This document shows positions 1 to 9,566 of a stretch of 64,000 nucleotides of DNA, piece after piece (within the stretch, counting starts at the first letter, position 1; every line of letters begins with the position of its first letter). The stretch is from Candidatus Nanopelagicales bacterium (lineage in GTDB: Bacteria > Actinomycetota > Actinomycetes > S36-B12 > GCA-2699445): positions 39,121 through 103,120 of the forward strand of contig JAUYJT010000061.1 in the NCBI GenBank assembly GCA_030700225.1, read 5' to 3'. The position numbers and the translations under genes are program-made. Under the pieces are notes generated by a model, which did no database searches, was not told where the DNA came from, and was given only the letters and a program-made list of their open reading frames with translations.

Positions 1-984
1 CCCCAAGACCGTCGCGGTAAGTCCAACGGGCAGCATCGCGGCCCTCGTTACCCCCCAAAAGTCGCCACGAACAGCCGCGAGGAGGTGTATCCCGACGCCC
101 CGCACAAGTGTCTTGACCACGTATGAACGCTCGCTACTAAGACCGGACTGCGTCCCAACGAGGGCCGCTACGGCTTCCTTCGAGCGACCCTCGTGATAGC
201 AGCGCCTCCAGAAGTACGAAACACGCTGCCGAGACTTCGGGACAAGATGCTTCACGACGGGTCGCGTGTCGCGCAGGATCCGGCTACCGGGAAGGGCTTG
301 GCTGAGCCGGATCGACAGCTCGGTCTCCTCGCAGCCAACGGGCAACTCGCCGACACGGCCTATCTGCGACCGGAAACGGCCAACCACGTCGAAGGACGTC
401 CGCCGGATTGCCATGCTGGCTCCAATTGGATTGCGGATCGACTCGCCGGATTTCGGCATGCCGGTGTAGTCGCATCCCACGACCCAGCCGAATTCTGGCG
501 GGAACCACTGCGGGGCCGATCCTCCTTCCCAGTTTGGTTCGACCGCGCCGCCCACGGCCACTACGTCCGGCGACTCGGCGAAGCGTTCACGATAGGCGGT
601 GATCCACTCCGGTTGTGGGAAGGCGTCGTCATCCAGGAATAGGACAAGATCGTTCCCGCACGCGTCGATTCCCGTGTTGCGCGCCGACGACAGTCCGGGT
701 GCTCCCTGGCTGCTCAGCACGTTCGAACCCTGAGGGGCGAGCTCGGCGAGTGCGCGTGCCAGGAGAGCGTCGTTGTGATCGATCACGACAATGACTTGAT
801 CGCCCGTCTCGAGCTGCGCTGTCAGTTCGCTGACCCCAGAGGCGAGCTCGTCCCACCGCTTCTGGGTGTAGGCGCAGACGATGATCCCCGCCGTCAAGCT
901 GCTCAGTGGGTTCTCTACAGGGGGGATGCCCGCGCTCGCGGGGGAACAGCCGTCCGCGGCATCGCCCGCATCCGCAGCGCTCAT
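1..984 (-). CDS. family-2 glycosyltransferase (GT-A fold), C-terminus cut by window edge
   Basis: The reverse-strand frame is open from ATG (complement of 982-984) to position 1. It is absent from the ORF track because it has no stop in the window. My translation: MSAADAGD..IIVCAYTQKRWDEL..VIVVIDHND..LSSARNTGIDACGNDLVLFLDDDAFPQPEW..GASMAIRR. This is a typical GT2 layout with a DDD (DxD) motif. Confidence 0.75.
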   Translation of the reverse strand, partial: MSAADAGDAADGCSPASAGIPPVENPLSSLTAGIIVCAYTQKRWDELASGVSELTAQLETGDQVIVVIDHNDALLARALAELAPQGSNVLSSQGAPGLSSARNTGIDACGNDLVLFLDDDAFPQPEWITAYRERFAESPDVVAVGGAVEPNWEGGSAPQWFPPEFGWVVGCDYTGMPKSGESIRNPIGASMAIRRTSFDVVGRFRSQIGRVGELPVGCEETELSIRLSQALPGSRILRDTRPVVKHLVPKSRQRVSYFWRRCYHEGRSKEAVAALVGTQSGLSSERSYVVKTLVRGVGIHLLAAVRGDFWGVTRAAMLPVGLTATVLG

Positions 985-1107
985 GGCTGGCCGTTCTCTC
1001 GTCAGGGACTCGTGGCCTTGCTCAAACTTACAGAAGCCAAGCCACCATCCGCACATGGGAAACGGCGACAGCTAGAGCCGCCCCCGTTCCTGGGGGAGCG
1101 TTCCCCT

Positions 1108-2319
1108 CTACGCAGGGGAGTACGTGTAGGCCTTGACCCAGTCCACTTGCACGTGACCCTCGGCCGACTTCGACGGAGCGGTCGACTCGATCTGGGTTTC
1201 CATCTGCAGTACCCAGTGCATCGGCTTGGACGGCACGTACTTCGTGCTGGATCCGATGGACTTGCCATCTACCAGGAACTCGACCTTGCCCGGCGACCAA
1301 AGCGTCTCGTACACGTGCCAGGCGCCCGGCTTCACACCTGCGCTGAACTGATCTTGCCCACCAGCCGCGCGAGCGTAGTGGTGGAATGCCTTTAGCGGAT
1401 CTCCGGTCAGGTCTCCTTCGGGGAAGTCGATCTCTCCGTCGTCCGGCCAACTCTCAGAGTCCGGCCAAAGCAGCGGGGCAATCTTGTACCCGGGGATCTT
1501 CTCGGCGCGCAGGCGCATGCTGAACCGGCCATACGTCATCTCCGGGAGGCTAGGAGTCGGTGCGGCGACAAGGTAGCGGCCCAGTTCCGAGTCATAGTGC
1601 AGCCACGCGTCCAGAACGCCACTAGCCACGGAGAGCGTCTTGCCCGGGTGGTAGTAGCCGGGGTTGGAGCGCTCTTGGCGGCTGGTGTCGGTCCACGGGT
1701 ACGGGTACGCACCGAAGTTGGAGTATGTGCTCAAGAAGGAACCGAGCGGTGCCGTGGTGTTGAAGTCCTCGGCGAAAACGCTCTTCCAGCCGGGCAGATC
1801 GCCTACCGGCATGCCCGATGGCACCGGTGGCGCCTTCTTTGGCTTCCTCTTGACGTTGACGAGCTTCACCTTGTATTTCGTTCGGCAGGACGCGGAAGTA
1901 ACGGCCACGTTGAGCTTTCCCTTCTTCACGCGGGCCTTCGCCTTCAACTGTCCGCTGCCCGCCTCCCGGGCCACCTTGGTCCCGTTTTGCCCAAGTCGCA
2001 CGGACACGGGGGCGCAGCGGTCCTTCGCGAACTTCGCGGTCGCCGAGACCGTTCCGGCCACCACGCGACGCTTCGTCTTGCGCTTGGACACGGCGCTCTT
2101 CGCGGCCACACGGCTAGCTTTGGCTGACTTGCCCCGCCCGATCTTGCCCTTGAGCAGGTAGACCCGCCGACCGGTGGGACTGGCAGCGGATAGGTCCGCT
2201 GATACAGCCGCAGCCGGGGTTGGCGCCACAGCCGCCGCGCTCGCGCTGGCCCCCACAACAGGGAACGCGATGGCGGTGCTCGCCAACAACGCTGTCGCAA
2301 TCCGTAGTTTCTCGCTCAC
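1108..2319 (-). CDS. secreted GH16 / ConA-like glucanase-fold protein
   Basis: 403-aa ORF with a signal-like N-terminus (MSEKLRIATALLASTAIAFPVVGASASA) and a Lys-rich linker. The C-terminal domain carries WPDDGEIDFPEGD, the ExDxxE catalytic pattern of GH16. Confidence 0.65.
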   Translation of the reverse strand: MSEKLRIATALLASTAIAFPVVGASASAAAVAPTPAAAVSADLSAASPTGRRVYLLKGKIGRGKSAKASRVAAKSAVSKRKTKRRVVAGTVSATAKFAKDRCAPVSVRLGQNGTKVAREAGSGQLKAKARVKKGKLNVAVTSASCRTKYKVKLVNVKRKPKKAPPVPSGMPVGDLPGWKSVFAEDFNTTAPLGSFLSTYSNFGAYPYPWTDTSRQERSNPGYYHPGKTLSVASGVLDAWLHYDSELGRYLVAAPTPSLPEMTYGRFSMRLRAEKIPGYKIAPLLWPDSESWPDDGEIDFPEGDLTGDPLKAFHHYARAAGGQDQFSAGVKPGAWHVYETLWSPGKVEFLVDGKSIGSSTKYVPSKPMHWVLQMETQIESTAPSKSAEGHVQVDWVKAYTYSPA

Positions 2320-2655
2320 GCATGGCTAATCGGCAGTGTGCGGTTGGGTTCTTGAGCGCAATGCACCCATCGAGTTCCGGTACTGAGGCCTGATTCACGT
2401 CAGGGGGAGAGAGCGGATGGGAAATCGTGGGTTAGGTGACCCTAACCACGAACGGCGCCACATGACTCGGTGCGAGCGACCAGGGGGATTCGCTCACACA
2501 TCGTAGTTCTGTGTGATTCATGTCTCTAGCTGGTCATCGAATGGTCGCAGATGTGTCGCAGGAATTGGCCTACGTTGCTCAAGTTGCCGTGCCGCAGTCC
2601 GGTCCGGCACTCGGTGGTCGCAGATGGCCGCCGGGACGTCGACCCAAGGGAAAAC

Positions 2656-3372
2656 ATGCCCAGCAAGTCGAAAATCCTGTCCGCCGCGGCCGCGTCAGTA
2701 ATGGCTGCCTCACTTCTGCCGGGCGTTCCGTTGGCGCCAGCGTCCGCTCAAGGACCGATCACAGTGTCCGCCGCCTATCAGGGCCCCGCCAAGTGGTCCA
2801 CGTCGCGGATGAAGCGGGCCAAGCGGGCCGTGCGCTCGATGAGAGTGGCCCAGCTCCGCCAACTCGCGCCCGTAGTACCAACGGGACTCTTGTCAAAGAA
2901 GGTCGACCGCGTCCCCGGATACCAGGGCCAGCGTTCTTGTCAGCGCGGTGCGCGCCCGGGCACCCGGGCACTGGCTCGCTTGCTGCGAAGGACCTACGCG
3001 TCGGGCATTCCCATCGGAATTTCGCGTCGGTGCGCGGGTGACACGAGTGAGCACTATGACGGGCGTGCGCTCGACTGGATGGTCAACTCACGGAAACCTC
3101 GTCAGGCCGCGATGGGTGACGCATTCACGAGATGGCTGACCAAGCGCGGACATGGAGTACGCGGCGAGATGGCTCGCAGGTTGGGCGTGATGTACATCAT
3201 CTGGCGGGGCCGGTCGTGGGCGTCATATCGACCTGGCTGGTCCGACTACCGGGGCTGCTCACGCGGTGGGGGCTCGAGATGGAACGCAACAGCGTGCCAC
3301 TTCGATCATGTGCATATCTCGCTGAATTGGCCGGGAGCCCGAAAGAAGACCTCCTGGTACCGGGCGCTCTAA
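2656..3372 (+). CDS. secreted LAS-superfamily (peptidase M15 / D-Ala-D-Ala carboxypeptidase-like) protein
   Basis: Internal ATG at 2656 preceded by AAGGGA. Signal-like start MPSKSKILSAAAASVMAASLLPGVPLAPASAQG. Zn-ligand-like pattern SEHYDGRALDW ... HFDHVHISL (H..D ... HxH). Confidence 0.6.
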   Translation: MPSKSKILSAAAASVMAASLLPGVPLAPASAQGPITVSAAYQGPAKWSTSRMKRAKRAVRSMRVAQLRQLAPVVPTGLLSKKVDRVPGYQGQRSCQRGARPGTRALARLLRRTYASGIPIGISRRCAGDTSEHYDGRALDWMVNSRKPRQAAMGDAFTRWLTKRGHGVRGEMARRLGVMYIIWRGRSWASYRPGWSDYRGCSRGGGSRWNATACHFDHVHISLNWPGARKKTSWYRAL

Positions 3373-3803
3373 CCTGTTCCGCAGGTGTGGCTGGGCTGGT
3401 TCGGAAGACAACGTTCCGCCGCGGGCTAGTGGTTCCGGTGGCGCGGCGGAATTCCGAGATGGCCGGGGGTGACAGTCGGAGCGAGCTCAACGGTGGCGGG
3501 TTCAAGGCAACCAGATGATTCCAGTCCCCTTCCAATCTCGGTCGGGCGCTGGAGTTAGCTGGGAAGACCGCTGACGAGCGTGGTCAAGAGGGGATCTGCA
3601 CCGTCGCACCTGTGGCGTGGACACGTGGCCGCCTGGGTCCAGCCACTGCCCCGCCCCCTGTCAGAAGCGGCCGCTAACGCAAGAAGCACCCGTTAGGTAA
3701 GGAAACTGCCGTTGCAACGGGCGCGCCTGTACCTCAACGGTCGCGTTTGTCGGAAACGGCCGCAACGAACGTCAACTCAGGGCGTGGGCTGGGTGGGGTC
3801 GCG

Positions 3804-4676
3804 TCAGGCAGATGGCAGCGTGAGTATCTCGGAGCCGGTGCGTGTAACCAGGATGGTGTGTTCGGACTGGGCGCTGCGGCGGCGGTCCTTGGTGACGACG
3901 GTCCAGTTGTCATCCCACACTTCGTAGTCGTAGGTCCCCAGGGTCAGCATCGGCTCGATCGTGAACGTCATTCCCGCCTCCATGACGAGCCTTCGCCCCG
4001 GTTCGTCGTAGTGCGGCACAATCAGGCCGGTGTGGAATGCCGTTGAGATTCCGTGGCCGGTGAAGTCCCGCACAACCTGGTACCCGAAACGTTTCGCGTA
4101 GCTCTCGATCACGCGCCCAATCGCGTTGATCGGTCTGCCGGGAGCCACGACCCTGATCCCCCTCATCATGGCTTCGTGCGTGCGTTCGACGAGGAGCCTG
4201 GACTCGTCATCCACCTCACCTACCAGGAACGTCGCGTCCGTGTCGCCGTGGACGCCGCCGATGTAGGCAGTGACATCGACGTTGCAGATATCGCCTTCCA
4301 GCAAGACAGTGGAATCGGGGATTCCGTGGCAGATGACTTCGTTGATCGACGTACACAGTGACTTCGGGAAGCCCCGGTATCCCAGAGTCGACGGATATGC
4401 TCCGTGGTCGGTCATGTAGTCGTGACCGATCCTGTCCAGCTCGTCGGTCTTGACGCCCGGCTGTACGGCACGTCCGACCTCGTACAAGCAGTCAGCGGCG
4501 ACCCGGCAGGCCACTCGCATGCGTTCGATCGTCTCGGCGTCCCTGATCTCTGAGCCTCGGAATCGGGCGGGGGAGCGACGGCCAACGTACTCGGGACGCT
4601 CGATCTCCGGCGGCACCGCACGGGTCGGCCCGACGCGACCGGGGACGAGCAAACGGGGACCCGCGCTGGAGGGCAT
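3804..4676 (-). CDS. map: methionine aminopeptidase, type I
   Basis: The C-terminal 291 aa of the 441-aa ORF read as MetAP ([37 protein letters not shown]). I trimmed the start to [10 protein letters not shown] (ATG, complement of 4674-4676). The upstream extension is Arg/Ser/Pro-rich high-GC read-through. Confidence 0.9.
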   Translation of the reverse strand: MPSSAGPRLLVPGRVGPTRAVPPEIERPEYVGRRSPARFRGSEIRDAETIERMRVACRVAADCLYEVGRAVQPGVKTDELDRIGHDYMTDHGAYPSTLGYRGFPKSLCTSINEVICHGIPDSTVLLEGDICNVDVTAYIGGVHGDTDATFLVGEVDDESRLLVERTHEAMMRGIRVVAPGRPINAIGRVIESYAKRFGYQVVRDFTGHGISTAFHTGLIVPHYDEPGRRLVMEAGMTFTIEPMLTLGTYDYEVWDDNWTVVTKDRRRSAQSEHTILVTRTGSEILTLPSA

Positions 4677-4743
4677 GCCGGATTGTGGCACAGTTTGGCC
4701 AGCGGGTTCCGGCCAGTGGCGGGACCGTGGGGAGGAGATCGCG

Positions 4744-4944
4744 ATGGCCGGGCGCTGGTGGTACTGCCTGAAGCATGACCGGGTGGAGCCGGACGCCGCC
4801 TGCCCTAACTCGGACCGACTCGGTCCCTTCGACACGGAAGGAGACGCCGCCGGCGCTCTCGAAGTGGCGAGGAAGCGTAACGAGGCGTGGGAACGCAGCG
4901 ACAAGGAGTGGGAGCAGGGCCCCGCGACGGGGCAGTCTGAATGA
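4744..4944 (+). CDS. small conserved-looking hypothetical protein (66 aa)
   Basis: [58 protein letters not shown]. Its stop overlaps the next gene's start (ATGA at 4941-4944), suggesting translational coupling. The rest of the 164-aa ORF is antisense to map. Confidence 0.55.
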   Translation: MAGRWWYCLKHDRVEPDAACPNSDRLGPFDTEGDAAGALEVARKRNEAWERSDKEWEQGPATGQSE

Positions 4945-6089
4945 CCGAGACAGCCCAGGAGCCGCCCGAAAGATGCGGGCCGCTTGTCGGGCTGCGCGTG
5001 CTGGAGATGGGTGCCATCGGACCGGTGCCATTCGCAGCTGGACTTCTGGCCGATCTTGGAGCGGAATGCCTCAGGATTGAATCTCCCGGTCCCGAGATCG
5101 GGGTGGCCGACGAGAAGTCCGCCATCCACTTGCGCGGACGATCCTGGGTGAGGCTGAACTTGCGCGAACCCAGTGCTGTTGATCTCGTAAGGGAACTTGC
5201 CGCCACGTCCGATGTGCTTCTCGAGGGATTCCGTCCGGGGGTCATGGAACGTCTGGGTCTTGACCCCGCGGATCTCATCGCCGCGAACCGTGGCCTGATC
5301 GTCGGCCGGATGACTGGGTGGGGGCAGTCAGGACCGATGTCGGACGTAGCTGGCCACGACATCAACTACATAGCGGTAGCTGGTCCTTTGCGGCATTTCG
5401 CACGGGCGGGGCAGACACCCGTCGCGCCGCTGAACCTGGTTGGAGATCTCGGCGGGGGAGCGATGTTCCTGGTCACCGGCGTCCTGGCGGCATTGTTCGA
5501 GCGCTCGCGTTCCGGCCGGGGTCAGGTCATCGACGCGGCCATGGTCGACGGCTCCGCCTATCTGATGAACTTGATCTACGCGATGGCAGCACAGGGCATG
5601 TGGGCGGTGGACCGCCCAGGGACAAACCTGCTGGACACCGGAGCGCCCTTCTATGACGTGTACCGCTGCTCGGATGGGGAGTACCTGGCGGTCGGATGCC
5701 TTGAGCCGAAGTTCTACGCCGAGTTCGTCGCCGGGCTCGGGCTCGCCGATGAGGACCTTCCCGCCCAGTATGACGCCGACGGATGGGATGAACTAAGACG
5801 GGTGTTCACGCGAGTGATCGCGTCGCGTCCCAGAGACGAGTGGGATCGTGCTTTCGAGGGCAAGGACGCGTGCGTCGCCGGTGTCCGGTCAATGGCTGAG
5901 GCGACTACTCACCCCCACATGACTGCCCGCGGAACCTTCCTTGAGGGCCCGCCCATTCAGCCAGCGCCAGCGCCGAGATTCTCGCGCACTCCCGGGATGG
6001 CAGTCCCGAGGGGCTCCCTGCCCAGCGGTGCCGAGGCACTGATCGCGTGGGGCGTCGACGCCGACCGAGCCAGCCAGATGTGCCCGTGA
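4941..6089 (+). CDS. family III CoA-transferase (CaiB/BaiF; alpha-methylacyl-CoA racemase-like)
   Basis: 382 aa. N-terminus [30 protein letters not shown] and [21 protein letters not shown] are typical of the CaiB/BaiF/MCR family. Confidence 0.8.
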   Translation: MTETAQEPPERCGPLVGLRVLEMGAIGPVPFAAGLLADLGAECLRIESPGPEIGVADEKSAIHLRGRSWVRLNLREPSAVDLVRELAATSDVLLEGFRPGVMERLGLDPADLIAANRGLIVGRMTGWGQSGPMSDVAGHDINYIAVAGPLRHFARAGQTPVAPLNLVGDLGGGAMFLVTGVLAALFERSRSGRGQVIDAAMVDGSAYLMNLIYAMAAQGMWAVDRPGTNLLDTGAPFYDVYRCSDGEYLAVGCLEPKFYAEFVAGLGLADEDLPAQYDADGWDELRRVFTRVIASRPRDEWDRAFEGKDACVAGVRSMAEATTHPHMTARGTFLEGPPIQPAPAPRFSRTPGMAVPRGSLPSGAEALIAWGVDADRASQMCP

Positions 6090-6102
6090 CAAGATCCCCG
6101 GC

Positions 6103-6798
6103 ATGAACCAGCCATCGACGCTATGGGAGAACATCGCTGGGCGACTCCCACTTGAACCAACCGTCGCGATCCTAGGAGGCACTGGGGACCAGGGCATGGG
6201 GCTGGCGTATCGACTCGGAGCATCCGGAGTTCCCGTGCTCATCGGCTCCCGTGACCAGGACCGGGCGCGGGCTGCGGCAACAGCCGTCGGGCAAGGCGTT
6301 TCGGGGATGTCGAACCTGGAGGCGGCAGCGAAGTGCGACATAGGCCTAGTGGCAGTGCCCTGGGGCGGGCATGAGTCGCTGCTGAGGACCATGGTCGAGG
6401 CTCTAGAGGGGAAGATTGTCATCGACTGCGTCAATCCTCTGGGGTTCGACAAGCGCGGGGCCTTCGCGATCCCGGTTCCCGAGGGGTCAGCTGCGCAGCA
6501 GGCCCAGGAGATCCTCGTCGGCAGCGTCGTCGTGGGCGCGTTCCACAACGTCAGTGCCGTAGTGCTGCTGGATAGACAACGGGTCGAGGTGCGGTCAGAC
6601 GTCTTGGTTCTCGGGGACGTGCGCGGCGCGACCGATGTCGTGTGCGCGCTCGCGGACCGGATCCCCGGAATGCGTGGTGTCTACGCCGGGCGGCTTCGCA
6701 ACTGCGGTCAGGCCGAAGCGCTGACGGCGAACCTCATCTCCATCAACCGGCGCTACAAATCACACGCGGGAATCCGTATCACTGACCTGCCGAGGTAG
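6103..6798 (+). CDS. NADPH-dependent F420 reductase (F420H2:NADP oxidoreductase family)
   Basis: 231 aa. Rossmann N-terminus VAILGGTGDQGMGLAYRLGASGVPVLIGSRD is typical of NpdG/Fno-type enzymes. Confidence 0.75.
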   Translation: MNQPSTLWENIAGRLPLEPTVAILGGTGDQGMGLAYRLGASGVPVLIGSRDQDRARAAATAVGQGVSGMSNLEAAAKCDIGLVAVPWGGHESLLRTMVEALEGKIVIDCVNPLGFDKRGAFAIPVPEGSAAQQAQEILVGSVVVGAFHNVSAVVLLDRQRVEVRSDVLVLGDVRGATDVVCALADRIPGMRGVYAGRLRNCGQAEALTANLISINRRYKSHAGIRITDLPR

Positions 6799-6809
6799 CC
6801 CGCGCCGAC

Positions 6810-7679
6810 TCAGTCGTAGGAGTGGTCAAGGTCCGGGTAGCGCCCAGCGACGACATCGGCCGCCCACGCTGCCACAGCCTCCGTCATGACGGTCCGAAGG
6901 TCGGCGTAGCGCTTGACGAACTTCGGAGGGGGACCGGCGGTGAGTCCCATTAGGTCCTGCCACACGAGCACCTGAGCATCGGTGCCGCTACCGGCGCCTA
7001 TGCCAATCGTCGGTATGTGGAGTTCCTTGGTAACGAGCTCGGCGAGATCGTGCGGGACCGCTTCAAGAACGAGGGAGAAGGCACCGGCGTCCTGAACGGC
7101 GTGAGCGTCATCGAGCAGATCGTGGGCCGCCTCGCCTCGCCCCTGGACTCTGTAGCCGCCCAGGACGTTGACAGACTGGGGAGTCAGTCCCAAATGCGCC
7201 ATCACTGGGATGCCAGCCTCGACTAAGGCGCGGATCTGGGGCACCACTCGTCGGCCGCCTTCGAGCTTCACCGCGTGTGCGCCTGTTTCCTTCAGGAACC
7301 TGGTCGCGGTACGCAGCGCCAAAGCGGGCGACTCTTGGTACGAGCCGAAAGGCAGGTCCGCGACAACCATGGCCCTAGTGCTGCCGCGCACAACCGCTGC
7401 GGTGAGGGGAATCAGCTCGTCGACCGTCACAGGTAGCGTTGACGAATGACCCAGCACGACCATCGCGGCTGAGTCCCCGACCAGCAGGACAGGTACCCCG
7501 GCCTCGTCCAGCAGGCCTGCCACTGTGGCGTCATACGCGGTCAGCATGGGCCACCGCTCACCGGTCAGTTTGGCTGCGGCCAGATCCCTAACCGTGATGC
7601 GGTGTTGCTGAACCCCTCCGTAGAGAGCCTTCGGGGCGCGAGCGGAACCGCCCGGGTTTGGGGCACGCGATAATGACAT
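6810..7679 (-). CDS. panB: 3-methyl-2-oxobutanoate hydroxymethyltransferase
   Basis: PanB hallmarks: MLTAYD, VLLVGDS, VVADLPFGSY, HAVKLEGG, GHLGLTPQS. Start trimmed to MSLSRAPN (ATG, complement of 7677-7679). Confidence 0.9.
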   Translation of the reverse strand: MSLSRAPNPGGSARAPKALYGGVQQHRITVRDLAAAKLTGERWPMLTAYDATVAGLLDEAGVPVLLVGDSAAMVVLGHSSTLPVTVDELIPLTAAVVRGSTRAMVVADLPFGSYQESPALALRTATRFLKETGAHAVKLEGGRRVVPQIRALVEAGIPVMAHLGLTPQSVNVLGGYRVQGRGEAAHDLLDDAHAVQDAGAFSLVLEAVPHDLAELVTKELHIPTIGIGAGSGTDAQVLVWQDLMGLTAGPPPKFVKRYADLRTVMTEAVAAWAADVVAGRYPDLDHSYD

Positions 7680-7841
7680 CAATCCTCCAGCGCCGTCGAC
7701 GCATCGTCGCCGCGACGGTTCTATTGTGCCATCGCTCGCGGATTCTGACTGGCGCCAGTCGGGTGGCAGGGGCCTTGCCGAGCGCGCAGTAGCCTGTGGT
7801 GGCTGCCGCGGGCGGCCACGCTCTAGAGAATCGAGCCCCGA

Positions 7842-9566
7842 ATGCAGTCTGAGTCGCGCCACCCCGAGGTAGCGGATAGCTCGGCTCCGCCGCAGGATTG
7901 GTCAATCAGCGGCGAAGGGCACCCTCGCCGCTGGGCGATCCTGGCGGTGCTCGTCGTCAGCTTGCTAGTCGTGGTTCTGGACAGCACAGTGCTGAACATC
8001 GCGCTGCCGACCATTCAGGGCGAACTTCACGCGACCCAGAGCGAACTGACGTGGGCGGTTGACTCCTACATCGTGGTGTTCGCCGCACTTCTGTTCACAT
8101 GGGGAGTGCTGGGGGACAGGTTCGGCCGCAAGAGGATCCTGATCGTCGGTCTGCTGATCTTCGGGTCCGCCAGCGCGTTTTCGGCCTTCGCGGCGACTCC
8201 GCTTTGGCTGACGGGATCACGAGGGTTGATGGGTGTCGGCGGCGCGGCCGTTATGCCAGCGACTCTCGCCATAATCACGGTTGTGTTCCCGCCGCACGAG
8301 CGTGGCCGGGCGATCGGCACATGGGCTGGAGCGGTGGGAGCGGCGATCTCGCTTGGGCCTGTGCTTGGCGGGCTGTTGCTTGCGCACCCAGAGTGGACCA
8401 GATGGCTGACTGGGAATAGCTGGGGCTCGGTGTTCCTGATAAACGTGCCGATAGTGATCGTTGGCACTATCGGGATACTGCGCATCGTCCCAGAAACGCG
8501 GAACCCGCGTCGGCAGCGAGTGGACATCGTGGGGCTTGTCCTGTCGTTCACGGGACTGCTATCTCTGGTCTACGGAATCATTCACGCCTCGTCCGTTGGC
8601 GGTTGGCGTAACCCGGAGGTGCTCGGTCCGGTCGGCTTGGGCCTGTTGTTGATCGTGGGCTTCCTGGTCTATGAGTGGCGCAGTTCTGGACGGTCATTCG
8701 ATGTCGGACTCTTCCGGAACAGGGGCTACGCGGTCAGCCTGGGCGCGGTCAGCCTGACGTTCTTCGCGATGACGGGGATCATGTTCTCGCTGCCGTTCTA
8801 CCTCCAGGTGCTGCGGGGGTACGGCACTCTCCAGGCCGGATTGGCGTTCATGCCGTTCGCCGTTGGTCAGCTAATCGCCGCTCCCAACAGCGCCAGGATG
8901 GTCGAACGATTCGGGTACCGGGCTGTGATGACGACTGGGCTGGCGATCGTGGCGACCTCGCTTGCCGCGCTGACGCGGCTGAACATGGACACAAACATGG
9001 TGCTCGTCCTCGTCGGGTTCTTCGCTTTCGGGCTGGGCATGGGAAACGTCATCGCGCCATCCACGTCGGTGATGCAGAACATCCTGCCCCTGTCGCGGGC
9101 CGGCGCGGGTTCGGCTGTGCAGAACACGGTGCGACAGGTATTCGGGGCGCTTGGGGTCGCGACGGTCGGCGCGGTGCTAGGAACCCAGTACGCGTCCCGC
9201 TCCGCGGAGGTGTTCGCTGCGCTGCCTCCCGAGTTCCCCAGGGCTAAAGCCGAGGAGTCGGTCGTGGCCACGAATCAGATTCTGTCTGCTTGGGAGAGCC
9301 AGGGCGGCGTTCCCACCGACCAGATCGAGCTCATCCGAGCGGGGGCGTTCGAAGCGTTCCTGGGCGCGTCGCAAGTCGCCGTGGCGATTTCGACTGTGAT
9401 GGTTGTGATCGCGGCGCTGCTAGTGGCGTTCCTATTGCCGCGCATCCGTCCGCCGCGTGTGGGGGATCGCAGTCCCCGTGACACGTGGGATCAGCCGCAG
9501 GAAGTCACCGAGCGGGAGATTGAGAATGTCATGGGTCTAGCGCCGGATGCTCCCGCCAGCGATTAG
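7842..9566 (+). CDS. MFS transporter, DHA2 (14-TMS EmrB/QacA-like) family
   Basis: 574 aa and highly hydrophobic. VVVLDSTVLNIALPTIQ and LGDRFGRKR motifs. The exact start is uncertain. The 3' end overlaps convergent nadE by 38 nt. Confidence 0.8.
   Translation: MQSESRHPEVADSSAPPQDWSISGEGHPRRWAILAVLVVSLLVVVLDSTVLNIALPTIQGELHATQSELTWAVDSYIVVFAALLFTWGVLGDRFGRKRILIVGLLIFGSASAFSAFAATPLWLTGSRGLMGVGGAAVMPATLAIITVVFPPHERGRAIGTWAGAVGAAISLGPVLGGLLLAHPEWTRWLTGNSWGSVFLINVPIVIVGTIGILRIVPETRNPRRQRVDIVGLVLSFTGLLSLVYGIIHASSVGGWRNPEVLGPVGLGLLLIVGFLVYEWRSSGRSFDVGLFRNRGYAVSLGAVSLTFFAMTGIMFSLPFYLQVLRGYGTLQAGLAFMPFAVGQLIAAPNSARMVERFGYRAVMTTGLAIVATSLAALTRLNMDTNMVLVLVGFFAFGLGMGNVIAPSTSVMQNILPLSRAGAGSAVQNTVRQVFGALGVATVGAVLGTQYASRSAEVFAALPPEFPRAKAEESVVATNQILSAWESQGGVPTDQIELIRAGAFEAFLGASQVAVAISTVMVVIAALLVAFLLPRIRPPRVGDRSPRDTWDQPQEVTEREIENVMGLAPDAPASD

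Noticed and set aside
3373-3803. A 430-bp non-coding gap downstream of map and the M15-like gene, inspected for tRNA/sRNA. It contains the 12-bp palindrome CCGTTGCAACGG (3709-3720) and a GGGTTCAAGG string.
   Set aside because: No cloverleaf (acceptor/T-arm complementarity) could be built and there was no convincing ORF or terminator. The ORF-track entries here (3132-3518, 3197-3535, 3712-3927) have Arg/Pro/Gly-rich high-GC noise composition.
3804-5129. Long N-terminal extensions in ORF-track entries for map (441 aa), panB (6810-7862), lpd (24893-26665), recG (58580-61081), the HlyD-like gene (38123-39583) and leuC (43566).
   Set aside because: The extensions are Arg/Pro/Ser-rich, overlap neighbouring genes or repeats, and precede internal starts that match the canonical N-termini. 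This is typical absence of stop codons in high-GC DNA, not real protein sequence.
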